From Polyangiales bacterium (lineage in GTDB: Bacteria; Myxococcota_A; Polyangia; Polyangiales; Polyangiaceae): DNA of 64,000 bases. Shown here piece by piece: positions 9,497 to 18,740 of this stretch (its first letter is position 1; the number at the start of each line of letters is the position of its first letter). Under the pieces are notes generated by a model. The model did no database searches and was not told the origin of the DNA. It saw only the letters and a list, made by a program, of their open reading frames with translations. The stretch is from positions 416,001-480,000 of the forward strand of contig JBBRLQ010000001.1 in NCBI GenBank assembly GCA_038231275.1, in the 5' to 3' direction. A program made the position numbers and the translations under genes.

Positions 9497-10663
9497 ATGT
9501 CGCGCCTACGGTGGCTCACATCGGGCGAGTCGCATGGACCGCGCCTGACCGCGATCGTCGAGGGCATCCCCTCCGGGCTCCCGCTCCGCGTCGAGGACGT
9601 GAACGGCGAGCTCGCGCGACGGCAGCGCGGCTACGGGCGCGGCGGGCGCATGAAGATCGAGACCGACACGGTGGTCTTCGCGGGCGGTGTTCGCGGCGGC
9701 GAGACACTCGGTTCGCCGATCGCCATGTCGATCGAGAACCGCGATCACCAGAACTGGCTCGACCGCATGAGCGCCGCGCCGATGGCCGCCACGCCTGAGC
9801 CGCTCACCCGACCTCGGCCCGGACACGCCGACCTCGCGGGAGGCCTCAAATACGATCGCCACGATCTGCGCGACGTCCTCGAGCGTGCGAGCGCGCGCGA
9901 AACGGCGGCGCGGACGGCGGTGGGCAGCGTGTGTCGCCGATTGCTCGCGGAGGTCGGCGTGGAGATCTTCGCGCACGTCGTCGCGATCGGCGGCGTGCCT
10001 GCGGATACGCGCGGCTTGTCGCTCGACGAGCTGCGGACACGGGCGCGCGCCAGCGATCTCTCGTGCGCCGACGCGGCGGCGGAGGCGAAGATGAAGGAGG
10101 CGATCCACGCGGCCTCCCACGCAGGCGACACGCTCGGCGGCGTCTTCGAGGTCGTGGCGACCGGCGCGCCCGCCGGACTCGGGAGCCACGTGCACTGGGA
10201 TCGCAAGCTCGACGGCCGCCTCGCCCAAGCGCTCGTCAGCATCCACGCGATCAAGGCCGCCGAAATCGGCGACGGCTGGCTCGCTGCCAGCCTGCGCGGC
10301 TCCGAGGTCCACGATCCCATCCACTACGACGAAGGCGCGCGCGCCTTCACGCGTCCGACGAACCACGCGGGCGGCCTCGAGGGCGGCATCACGAACGGCC
10401 AGCCGATCGTGTGCCGCGCCGCGATGAAGCCGATCGCGACACTCCGCAAAGCGCTACCCAGCGTCGACGTCGGCACGAAGGAGTCGTTCGACGCCGCGCA
10501 CGAGCGGAGCGACATCTGCGCGGTCGCGGCGGCGTCGGTCGTCGGCGAGGCCATGGTCGCGATCACGCTCGCCGACGCGCTGCTGGAGAAATTCGGCGGC
10601 GATTCGCTGGGCGAGCTGACGCGCAACGTCGCAGCCTACCGCGAGCAGCTGCGCGGCTACTGA
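9497..10663 (+). CDS. aroC: Chorismate synthase
   Basis: [35 protein letters not shown]. Confidence 0.97.
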   Translation: MSRLRWLTSGESHGPRLTAIVEGIPSGLPLRVEDVNGELARRQRGYGRGGRMKIETDTVVFAGGVRGGETLGSPIAMSIENRDHQNWLDRMSAAPMAATPEPLTRPRPGHADLAGGLKYDRHDLRDVLERASARETAARTAVGSVCRRLLAEVGVEIFAHVVAIGGVPADTRGLSLDELRTRARASDLSCADAAAEAKMKEAIHAASHAGDTLGGVFEVVATGAPAGLGSHVHWDRKLDGRLAQALVSIHAIKAAEIGDGWLAASLRGSEVHDPIHYDEGARAFTRPTNHAGGLEGGITNGQPIVCRAAMKPIATLRKALPSVDVGTKESFDAAHERSDICAVAAASVVGEAMVAITLADALLEKFGGDSLGELTRNVAAYREQLRGY

Positions 10664-10687
10664 GGTTCCGTTCCGGCGAGGTCCAAC

Positions 10688-12265
10688 ATGCGCTCCCTCT
10701 TCATCAGCGGATTCATGGCGACCGGCAAATCCACGGTCGGTCCGCGCGTCGCGGGGCACCTCCAGCTGCCCTTCGTGGACACCGACGACGTCCTCGCGCA
10801 CGAGGCAGGCTGCTCGATCGCCGAGCTCTGGACGCGCCAGGGCGAGGCAGAGTTTCGGCGGCGCGAAGTGGCCCTCGTGGAGCGCCTCCTCGGCGACGGC
10901 GTTGCGCGTGTGATCGCGCTCGGGGGCGGGACGGTCACGAACAGGCGGGCGCGTCACCTCGCGATCGAGCGCGGCGTCCTCGTCACGTTGACCGCATCAC
11001 CGGAAACCATCGCGGCGCGGATCCCCGACGTCGCCACGCGCCCCAACCTCGCCATCGGCGATCCCATCGCGCGCGCGATGGAGCTCCTCGCGGTGCGGGC
11101 CGAGGCCTACGCCGAGTGCCACGTCTCCCTCTCCACCGACGCCCTCGACGCCGACGAGGTCGCCGACGCGATCGTCGCCGCGCACGCGCGCGATCCGCTC
11201 TGTGTCCCGCTCGGTGCGCGGACGTACGCGATCGACGTCGTCGACGGCGTCCCCTCGCGCCTCACCGACGCGATCGCGTGCGCAGCCCCGTCGTCGGTCC
11301 TCGTCGTCAGCGACGCGCCGGTTCAGCGCGCGCGCGGCGAGGCGCTCGAGAAGGCGCTCGGCCCGCTGGCGATTCAGGGCGTCCGGATCACGTTGCCGAC
11401 CGGTGAGCGGCACAAGACGCTCGCGAGCGTCTCCACGATCTGGGACGCGGCGCTCGGCGCGGGGATCGATCGCGACGCACTCGTGCTCGCGTTCGGCGGA
11501 GGCGTCGTCGGAGACCTCGCGGGCTTCGCCGCGTCGGCGCTGCTGCGAGGAATCCGCGTCATCCAAGTACCGACGACCCTCCTCGCGATGGTCGACTCGT
11601 CCGTCGGCGGCAAAACGGGGTTCGATCATCCGACGGGCAAAAACCTCCTCGGCGCGTTCCATCAGCCCAGCGCGGTCGTTGTCGATTTGTCGCACCTTTC
11701 CACACTTCCCGCTCGTGAGCTTCGCGCAGGGCTCGCCGAGGTCGTCAAGATCGCCTTCGCGGTCGACGCGCCGCTGCTCTCGACGCTGGAGGAGAACGCG
11801 GAGGCGCTGTCCGCCGGCAAGACGGACGCGCTCCTCCCGGTGGTGCGCCGCGCGATCGACGCAAAGATCCGGATCGTCCGCGATGACGAACGCGAGACCG
11901 GCGCGCGCGCGCTCCTCAACCTCGGCCACACGCTGGGCCATGCGCTCGAAGCCCACGGCGCCTTTACGAAGTACTTGCACGGGGAAGCGGTGGCGATGGG
12001 AACGGTCGCCGAGCTGCGCGCCGCTGCGGCGATGGGCCTCGCCGACGCCGCGCTCGCGACGCGCGCCGCCGATCTCTTTCGGCGGATGGGGCTGCCGACC
12101 GAGGTCTCCAGGGCGGAGCTCGTCGCGTCGTGGTCGTTCGTCGGGAAGGACAAGAAGCGCGCGGGGACGTCGCTGCGCCTTCCGATCGTGACCGCCGCCG
12201 GGCAATCTGCCATCCAATCGGTCCCGCTGCGGCGGTTGGAGCAGGCTGTGCGCGGCGAAGGATGA
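10688..12265 (+). CDS. aroKB: Bifunctional shikimate kinase / 3-dehydroquinate synthase (AroK-AroB fusion)
   Basis: N-terminal GFMATGKSTVG shikimate kinase; C-terminal GGGVVGD, PTTLLAMVDSSVGGKTG, LNLGHTLGHALE. Confidence 0.95.
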   Translation: MRSLFISGFMATGKSTVGPRVAGHLQLPFVDTDDVLAHEAGCSIAELWTRQGEAEFRRREVALVERLLGDGVARVIALGGGTVTNRRARHLAIERGVLVTLTASPETIAARIPDVATRPNLAIGDPIARAMELLAVRAEAYAECHVSLSTDALDADEVADAIVAAHARDPLCVPLGARTYAIDVVDGVPSRLTDAIACAAPSSVLVVSDAPVQRARGEALEKALGPLAIQGVRITLPTGERHKTLASVSTIWDAALGAGIDRDALVLAFGGGVVGDLAGFAASALLRGIRVIQVPTTLLAMVDSSVGGKTGFDHPTGKNLLGAFHQPSAVVVDLSHLSTLPARELRAGLAEVVKIAFAVDAPLLSTLEENAEALSAGKTDALLPVVRRAIDAKIRIVRDDERETGARALLNLGHTLGHALEAHGAFTKYLHGEAVAMGTVAELRAAAAMGLADAALATRAADLFRRMGLPTEVSRAELVASWSFVGKDKKRAGTSLRLPIVTAAGQSAIQSVPLRRLEQAVRGEG

Positions 12266-12348
12266 TCCGAGTTTTTGGCGCTTCGGCGTTGCGTTCGGTA
12301 GGCTTCAATCTCGATCGGGGATCGCTCTCGACGAGGAGGACTCCTTCC

Positions 12349-13140
12349 ATGAACCGCTTGTGGGCGCACATCTGGGCGGCCTCGTTTTCCACCTGCCTCG
12401 GCGGCATCTTCTTGCCCGCCTGTGCGCATGACGACGCCACGCTCTACATCGCGCAGGTGGTCTTCCCGCCGTCGCCGACGAATCAGCTTGGCTGCCTCTA
12501 CCAGACGCCGAACACGACGACGCCCGGCGAATTTAGCGGCGCCTTCGACGTCGGCCTGTCGAGCGCGTACTCGCCGGTCGTCCTCGTCGGCAACCAGCTG
12601 GTGTCGCGCGGGGACGTCGCGCAAGTCCGCGTCGAGACGAACCGCGTGCAGCTGCGCGGCGCGGTCGTTCGCGTGACCGATTCGCAGGGGAACCAGATCT
12701 CGACGTTCACGAGCCTCACCGAAGGCGTCGTGGATCCGTCGACCGGCACGACACCCGGTGTCACGCAGGCGGCGCTGACGGTCGTGGACCCGGCGACGGC
12801 CGACATCCTTCGAAAGCAGCTCCCGAATCGCTCCGCGAGGAAGACGATCCTCACGTTCTTCAAGGTGTTCGGGCAGACGCTCGGCGGGACGTACGTGGAG
12901 TCGGGCGAGTACCAGCACGTCGTCAACGTGTGCTCAGGCTGTCTCGTCGTGTTCCCGTCGGAGGCGATCGACCCGGCGCAGAAGACCCCCGACAAGCCGG
13001 TCAACTGCGAGCTCGGGTTTCCGGTCGGCACGCAGATCTCGGCCACGACGATCGCGCTGCCCTGCGTGATGGGCCAAGACCAACCCATCGACTGCCGCCT
13101 GTGCCACGGAATTCCCGCCTGCGATCCGCGCAATCTCTGA
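12349..13140 (+). CDS. Hypothetical lipoprotein with Cys-rich C-terminus
   Basis: AGGAGG RBS; LPAC lipobox; C-terminal CVMGQDQPIDCRLC. Confidence 0.75.
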   Translation: MNRLWAHIWAASFSTCLGGIFLPACAHDDATLYIAQVVFPPSPTNQLGCLYQTPNTTTPGEFSGAFDVGLSSAYSPVVLVGNQLVSRGDVAQVRVETNRVQLRGAVVRVTDSQGNQISTFTSLTEGVVDPSTGTTPGVTQAALTVVDPATADILRKQLPNRSARKTILTFFKVFGQTLGGTYVESGEYQHVVNVCSGCLVVFPSEAIDPAQKTPDKPVNCELGFPVGTQISATTIALPCVMGQDQPIDCRLCHGIPACDPRNL

Positions 13141-13679
13141 TCGCGGCCGCGGTCCTGACCTGCGCGACGGCGGGGACCTCGCGTACGGCGGCCGCGCCAC
13201 AAGCCAACTTCGGGCTGACCGTCGGCGGCGCTGCGACCGATTTGCGAACGAACGGGCCGCGCGCCGCGTTTCATCTCGGCGGTCGCGCGGACGTCCTCTT
13301 TTTTCGATCTCGAAACCGTGAGGCGGGGTTCGGCCCGTACGTCGATGTCGCCACCGCGGCGTTCGACACGCTCGAGGCCGGCGGCGGCGTCGAGGGACTC
13401 CTCCCGATCACCGAGGCGATCCCCCTCGTCCTCTCGACCGGCCTCTTCGAGCGTCGCGCCCCTTCGTTTGGGTGGCAGCCCGGCGCCGAGGCGACTGTGT
13501 TTGCGGGGACGCGAAGCCACAATTTCACGTCGTGGTACGGCCTCGCGGCGGGCCTCTTCGTGCAGGGACGCTACGGCTTCGGCGACGCGAAGCAGGCGGA
13601 CCTCATCGCCGGCGCGCAAATCGATCTCTCTCTCTTCGCGTACCCGTTCGTCCTCGCGTACGAGGCGCTACGGCGCTAA
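13101..13679 (+). CDS. Hypothetical exported, beta-strand-rich protein (start uncertain)
   Basis: Signal-peptide-like N-terminus followed by alternating hydrophobic pattern. Confidence 0.6.
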   Translation: MPRNSRLRSAQSLIAAAVLTCATAGTSRTAAAPQANFGLTVGGAATDLRTNGPRAAFHLGGRADVLFFRSRNREAGFGPYVDVATAAFDTLEAGGGVEGLLPITEAIPLVLSTGLFERRAPSFGWQPGAEATVFAGTRSHNFTSWYGLAAGLFVQGRYGFGDAKQADLIAGAQIDLSLFAYPFVLAYEALRR

Positions 13680-13692
13680 GCTCGGGCCCCGC

Positions 13693-14031
13693 ATGGATCG
13701 CCGAACGGTCGCCTTGCAGATCGCCGGACAGAGCTACAAGGTCGTCAGCACCGCGGCGGAGGGGGACCTGCATCGCCTCGCCGCGACGGTGACCGCCAAG
13801 CTCGCAGAGGTCGCTCCGCGCAATCGGCCGGCGCCGCCGCAGGCGATTCTCCTCGCCGCGATGGCGCTCGCCCACGAGCTCGAAGAGGAGCGTGCGAAAA
13901 GAGAGGCCTTCGAGCGACGGACGCGCGATCTCCTTCGGCGTGTCCTCGTGCGGATCGACGACGCGGTCGAGGGTGGCGACGAGGACGAGGCCGAGGACGA
14001 GGCCGACGTCGACGCAGCTCGCCTGACCTGA
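13693..14031 (+). CDS. zapA: Cell division protein ZapA family
   Basis: VALQIAGQSYKV...AILLAAMALAHEL followed by coiled coil. Confidence 0.8.
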   Translation: MDRRTVALQIAGQSYKVVSTAAEGDLHRLAATVTAKLAEVAPRNRPAPPQAILLAAMALAHELEEERAKREAFERRTRDLLRRVLVRIDDAVEGGDEDEAEDEADVDAARLT

Positions 14032-14035
14032 ACGA

Positions 14036-14051
14036 GGTTTCACGTGAAACA
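14036..14051. promoter_or_regulatory. parS centromere-like site
   Basis: GGTTTCACGTGAAACA, 15/16 match to the parS consensus TGTTTCACGTGAAACA. Confidence 0.9.
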
Positions 14052-15168
14052 TTGTCCAGGGGTCCCCCCTCCGGCGCTTGCGTTCTTGCGGGAAGAGCTC
14101 GGCCACCTCGAAGCGGACGGGCTACTCCGCGTACCGACGCCGGTGCAGGGCCTCTGGCGGTCGTTCTCCTCGAACGATTACCTCGGCCTCGCGCGCCGCC
14201 GAGGGGAAGGCGTTCCGGCCTACGGAGCGGGCGCATCCCGGCTTGTCTCAGGCAACACCGCCGAGCACGAGGCGCTGGAGTCGGAGATCGCGAGCTGGCT
14301 CGAGGTCGACGCGGCGCTCGTGTTTACCAGCGGCTACGCGGCAAACGTGGGCCTCCTGTCCGCCGTGGCTCGACCTGGCGATTTGGTCGTGAGCGATGCG
14401 CTGAATCACGCCTCCATCATCGACGGTGCGCGGCTCTCGCGCGCTCGCGTTGAGATCGTCCCGCACCTGGACCTCGCGGCGACCGAGGACGCGCTTCGGC
14501 GCCGGAGCGAGGCCCGCGCCTGGGTCGTGACCGAGTCCTACTTCAGCATGGACGCGGACTCTCCCGATCTGCCTGCGCTCCGTCGACTCTGCGACGAGCG
14601 GAGCGCCGGATTGCTCCTCGACGAGGCCCACGCGCTCGGCGCGTTTGGGCCGCGGGGACGTGGGCTTGCGGCGCGTGCCGGGGTTCGGCCGGACGCGACG
14701 ATCGGGACGTTCGGCAAGGCGCTGGGCGGAGGCGGCGCGTTCGTCGCGGGGTGCGCGGATCTTCGGCTTTGGCTCTGGAACCGGGCCCGTTCCTTCGTCT
14801 TCTCGACGGGACTCAGCCCTGCCACGGCCGCTTCCAACCTCGAGGCGCTCCGCCTGGTCGAGGCCGGAGATGCGACTCGGGAGGCCCTCGCGTCGCGCGC
14901 GTCGCAGCTGCGGACCGGCTTGCGAGCGTTGGGAGTCGAGCCATTGGGGTTCGGCCACATCGTACCGTGGGTCATCCGTGACCCCGGCCGCGCCGTGAAA
15001 CTCGCGGCCGTGCTTCGCGAGAGCGGCGTGGTCGCCCAGGCCATCCGTCCACCGTCGGTTCCCGCGGGCACGGCTCGCCTGCGTTTGACGGTCTCCGCGA
15101 ACCACACCGCCGACGACGTGGACCGACTGCTCGCCGCCATCCAGGAGGCCCTCCGGTGCGCGCGCTGA
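14044..15168 (+). CDS. bioF: 8-amino-7-oxononanoate synthase (start uncertain)
   Basis: FSSNDYLGL, GAGASRLVSG, DALNHASIIDG, DEAH, GTFGKA. Confidence 0.93.
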   Translation: MKHCPGVPPPALAFLREELGHLEADGLLRVPTPVQGLWRSFSSNDYLGLARRRGEGVPAYGAGASRLVSGNTAEHEALESEIASWLEVDAALVFTSGYAANVGLLSAVARPGDLVVSDALNHASIIDGARLSRARVEIVPHLDLAATEDALRRRSEARAWVVTESYFSMDADSPDLPALRRLCDERSAGLLLDEAHALGAFGPRGRGLAARAGVRPDATIGTFGKALGGGGAFVAGCADLRLWLWNRARSFVFSTGLSPATAASNLEALRLVEAGDATREALASRASQLRTGLRALGVEPLGFGHIVPWVIRDPGRAVKLAAVLRESGVVAQAIRPPSVPAGTARLRLTVSANHTADDVDRLLAAIQEALRCAR

Positions 15169-15830
15169 TCGTCGTCAGTGGGACGGGGACGGAGATCGGA
15201 AAGACCCATACGACGTGCGCGCTCCTCCACGCCGCAGGCCCCGGTGCGCTCGCAGTAAAGCCGATCGAGAGCGGGGTGACGGGTGACGAGGGGGCCGACG
15301 GCCAAGCCTTGCGGGCTGCGTCGAGAGGAACGTTTCACGTGAAACGTCCCCCGCCGTACCTGCTGCGCCGCGCCGTCTCTCCGCACCTCGCGGCGCGTGA
15401 GGAGGGCCGCACCATCTCGCCGGATCTCGTGGTGCGGTACGTCGCCGAATGCGCGGCCGACACGGACGTGCTCTTCGTCGAGCTGGCGGGGGGGCTCTTC
15501 TCGCCCCTCGGGCAGGACCTTAGCAACGCCGACCTCGTTCGCCTCCTTCGCCCGTCTGCCTTCGTGCTGGTGGCACCGGACCGCCTCGGGGTCCTTCACG
15601 ACGTGGCGGCGACGCGTCGCGCGTTCGAGGCCATTGGCGCAGGTGCCATCTCGGCCGTCGCCCTCGTCGCTCCCGCCATCCCCGATGCCTCCACAGGAAC
15701 GAACGCGGACGAGCTTGCCTGGATGGGCGCACCACCCGTTTTCTCAATCGGGCGCGGAGCTCCCGAAGAGCTTGGCGCGACCGAGGCCGTGCGGCGCCTC
15801 TATGCGGCGCTGCTTCCTCGCGTCACCTGA
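15156..15830 (+). CDS. bioD: Dethiobiotin synthase
   Basis: SGTGTEIGKT, KPIESG, SPHLAA, VELAGGL. Confidence 0.92.
   Translation: MRALIVVSGTGTEIGKTHTTCALLHAAGPGALAVKPIESGVTGDEGADGQALRAASRGTFHVKRPPPYLLRRAVSPHLAAREEGRTISPDLVVRYVAECAADTDVLFVELAGGLFSPLGQDLSNADLVRLLRPSAFVLVAPDRLGVLHDVAATRRAFEAIGAGAISAVALVAPAIPDASTGTNADELAWMGAPPVFSIGRGAPEELGATEAVRRLYAALLPRVT
15331..15346. promoter_or_regulatory. parS site embedded in bioD coding sequence
   Basis: CGTTTCACGTGAAACG; perfect 18-bp palindrome 15330-15347. Confidence 0.88.
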
Positions 15831-16501
15831 GCAATTCGGCCGCGGTCCATCTCGACGCGATCTCCGCCCAGAACTTCCGCAAAGGCAGGGTCGTGCGTCA
15901 CCACAATCACAACCTTATCCATTTGAAGTTCATGCAGAATAACCAATTTCAACCGATCGGTCGACTCTGCATCCAGGCCCGTCGTCGGTTCGTCGAGCAG
16001 GAGGAGCCTAGGGGAGTGCACGAGTGCGCGAGCGAGCGAGATGCGTTGGCGTTGGCCGCGGGAGTACGTCCGGACCGGCCGCTCCGCGAACGCGTCCAGG
16101 CCGAAGCGATCCCGCGCCTGCGCGAATGCCTCCGACGGCTCGAGGCCGTGCAGCCGCGCGACGAGCTCGATGTTCTCGCGACCCGTCAGGTCCGGGTAGC
16201 AGAGGGACTCGTGACCGACCCATCCGAGGGTCCGCCTTACCGCCGCGCGATCCCGGCCGAGCGCGCCGTGACGGACGAGCCCCGAGGTCGGGCGCGCGAG
16301 GGTGCCGACGATCGCGAGGAGGGTGGACTTGCCGGACCCGTTCGGTCCGAAGACGATCGACGCGCGCCCCGGCGCGAAGCGAACACTCACGCCGACGAGA
16401 GCGCGCACGGCGCCGAACGTCTTGGTGACGTTGTCGAGCTCCACGTCGGCGTCGCTTCCGCCTTTCGTCACGCGACCACGCTGCCCGCTTCCCGGCGGCA
16501 T
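15800..16501 (-). CDS. ccmA: ABC transporter ATP-binding protein, CcmA (heme exporter)-like
   Basis: GPNGSGKST Walker A; YSRGQRQR signature variant; LLLLDEP; ccmF/H also in window. Confidence 0.7.
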   Translation of the reverse strand: MPPGSGQRGRVTKGGSDADVELDNVTKTFGAVRALVGVSVRFAPGRASIVFGPNGSGKSTLLAIVGTLARPTSGLVRHGALGRDRAAVRRTLGWVGHESLCYPDLTGRENIELVARLHGLEPSEAFAQARDRFGLDAFAERPVRTYSRGQRQRISLARALVHSPRLLLLDEPTTGLDAESTDRLKLVILHELQMDKVVIVVTHDPAFAEVLGGDRVEMDRGRIAQVTRGSSAA

Positions 16502-16611
16502 CGCAAGCGAGGATTCCGCGCACAAGGTGACGCCGTGGCCCACACACCGGCGCCGAAACGAGGCAAGAACGCTTGCCCGCGTAGGATTGCGCCCATGCTA
16601 CTCTCAAAACC

Positions 16612-17574
16612 ATGACCGCTGCGCCCGCGCTCATCGCGGAGGAGCTCCCCTCACTACAAAGGCTAAGGCAGGCCGTCGAGGGCGCGCTCGAGGGAAAGCA
16701 GGAGGCCGTGGAGCTCGCGCTCGTCGCGTTGCTCGCGAAGGGGCATCTCCTCATCGAAGACGTTCCGGGAGTCGGCAAGACGACCCTCGCCCGCGCGCTC
16801 GCCCGCGCGGTCGGCGGCGATCTGCGGCGCGTTCAGTTCACGAGCGATCTCCTCCCGAGCGACGTGCTCGGCGTGACGGTGTTCGATCAACGCACCGGCG
16901 AGTTCACACTGAAGCAGGGGCCGGTCTTCGCGAACGTGCTCCTCGCCGACGAGATCAACCGTGCGAGCCCGCGTACGCAATCGGCGCTGCTCGAGGCGAT
17001 GAACGAGGGACAGGTCTCCCTCGACGGACAGACCATCCCGCTGCCCGATCCGTTCTTCGTCATCGCGACGCAGAATCCGCAGGATTTCGCGGGGACGTTC
17101 CCGCTGCCCGAGTCGCAGCTCGATCGCTTCATCGTGCGCGTGCGCATCGGCTATCCGCCGCCGCAGGTCGAGATGCGGCTCCTGCTCGACGGACAGACGG
17201 ACACCGCGCGTGACGTTCCGGTCGTCCTCGATCCGCAACGGCTCGTGTCGCTCCAGCGCCAGGTCCACCGCGTGCGCCTCGACGGATCGCTCGGGCACTA
17301 CCTCCACTCGATCATCGCCGCGACGCGCGCCTCGCCGATGCTGTCGCTCGGGGCCTCGCCGCGCGGCGCCATCGCGCTCGGCAACGCCGCCCGCGCGCGC
17401 GCGCTCCTTCGCGATCGCGACTACTGCATCGCCGACGACATCCACGACCTCGCCGTTCCGGTCCTCGCGCACCGCGTCCGCCTCGCCACGCACGCCGATG
17501 GGTTCATGCCCACGCGTGACGAGGCCGAGGCCGCGCTGCGGGAGATCGTGGGGCGAGTTCAAGTTCCGATTTAG
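16612..17574 (+). CDS. MoxR-family AAA+ ATPase
   Basis: EDVPGVGKT, QFTSDLLPSD, LADEINR, ATQNP, PLPESQLDRF. Confidence 0.95.
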   Translation: MTAAPALIAEELPSLQRLRQAVEGALEGKQEAVELALVALLAKGHLLIEDVPGVGKTTLARALARAVGGDLRRVQFTSDLLPSDVLGVTVFDQRTGEFTLKQGPVFANVLLADEINRASPRTQSALLEAMNEGQVSLDGQTIPLPDPFFVIATQNPQDFAGTFPLPESQLDRFIVRVRIGYPPPQVEMRLLLDGQTDTARDVPVVLDPQRLVSLQRQVHRVRLDGSLGHYLHSIIAATRASPMLSLGASPRGAIALGNAARARALLRDRDYCIADDIHDLAVPVLAHRVRLATHADGFMPTRDEAEAALREIVGRVQVPI

Positions 17575-17579
17575 TCGCG

Positions 17580-18740
17580 ATGGTCGCGCCGGCCGACGCC
17601 TCGAGCCCCAAGAGCGGCCCCCGACCCGCGCCGGCCGACGGTGCGAAGGCCGACGGCGGGGTCCTTTCGCGTTCCCTCGCGCGGTGGCGGAGGTGGCGCC
17701 TCGCGATGCGCCCGCCGCGCAAGCTCAAGTTCACGCGCGAGGGGAAGTTCTTCGTCGGCATCACGCTGGGCGTCGGCTTCGCCGCGATCAACACCGGCAA
17801 CAACCTCCTCTACCTGCTCCTCGGGATGCTCCTCGCGCTCATCATCGTGAGCGGTCTCATGAGCGAGCTGTCGCTCCGCGATCTCACGGTGGTCAGACGT
17901 TTGCCGCTCCGCGCGCAGGTCGGGCGTCCGCACCTCGTCGAGATCGAGGTCTTCAATCACAAGGGCAAGGTCCCCTCGTACGCGATCGAGGTCGAGGATC
18001 TCCGCGCCGGGCAGCCCGCGGACAAGCGCTGCTTTTTCCTGAAAATCAGCCCAAAATCGGCGCAGGTCGCGGCCTACCGCCGGACTCCTACCAAGCGCGG
18101 TCGCGACGTCCACGTCGGCTTCCGCATCGCCACGCGTTTTCCCTTCGGGCTCTTCGAAAAATCGCGCGAGGTCCCCGCCGACGGCGAGCTCATCATCTAT
18201 CCCGCCGTCGATTCCGTGCAGCTCCCGCCGTCGGTGCCGGGGCGCCTCGGCGGCGGCGACGGCGCGATGGGGCGCGGGCACGGCGAGGACTACCTCGGCC
18301 TCAAGCTGATGCGCGAGGGCGAGGATCCGCGCGACGTCCACTGGCGCAAGAGCGCCGCCGTCGGCCAGATGGTCATGCGCGAGCGCGCGCGGGAGGCGAG
18401 GCCCGACATCTCGTTGCCGCTCGACATCGTCCGGCCCGACGCGGCCGGCGACGAGTGGGAGAACGCGTTCGAGCGCCGCATTCGTGACGTCGCGTCGCGC
18501 GCCGTCGCGCATCTCAAGCGAGGTGATTCGGTGGCGGTGCGCACGAACGCAGGCGGCGCCGCACGGGCCGATCGCGCTGCGGGCGCCGATCCCGTTCTCC
18601 GCTACCTCGCCCTCCTCGAGCCCATCCTCGCGTCCACGATCTCGCCGCCCGCACGAAAGTCCGTGGCGCCCGTCAAACCGCGTGCGCCCGAGCCCGTTGT
18701 GAAGGTCGCGAAAGAGCACGTAAAGGGGGCGAGCGCGTGA
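17580..18740 (+). CDS. DUF58 domain protein
   Basis: AAINTGNNLLY, TRFPFGLF, GEDPRDVHWRKSA. Confidence 0.9.
   Translation: MVAPADASSPKSGPRPAPADGAKADGGVLSRSLARWRRWRLAMRPPRKLKFTREGKFFVGITLGVGFAAINTGNNLLYLLLGMLLALIIVSGLMSELSLRDLTVVRRLPLRAQVGRPHLVEIEVFNHKGKVPSYAIEVEDLRAGQPADKRCFFLKISPKSAQVAAYRRTPTKRGRDVHVGFRIATRFPFGLFEKSREVPADGELIIYPAVDSVQLPPSVPGRLGGGDGAMGRGHGEDYLGLKLMREGEDPRDVHWRKSAAVGQMVMRERAREARPDISLPLDIVRPDAAGDEWENAFERRIRDVASRAVAHLKRGDSVAVRTNAGGAARADRAAGADPVLRYLALLEPILASTISPPARKSVAPVKPRAPEPVVKVAKEHVKGASA

Noticed and set aside
14032-14060. 6S RNA expected downstream of zapA
   Set aside because: Only 12 nt separate zapA from the bioF ORF and the space holds parS
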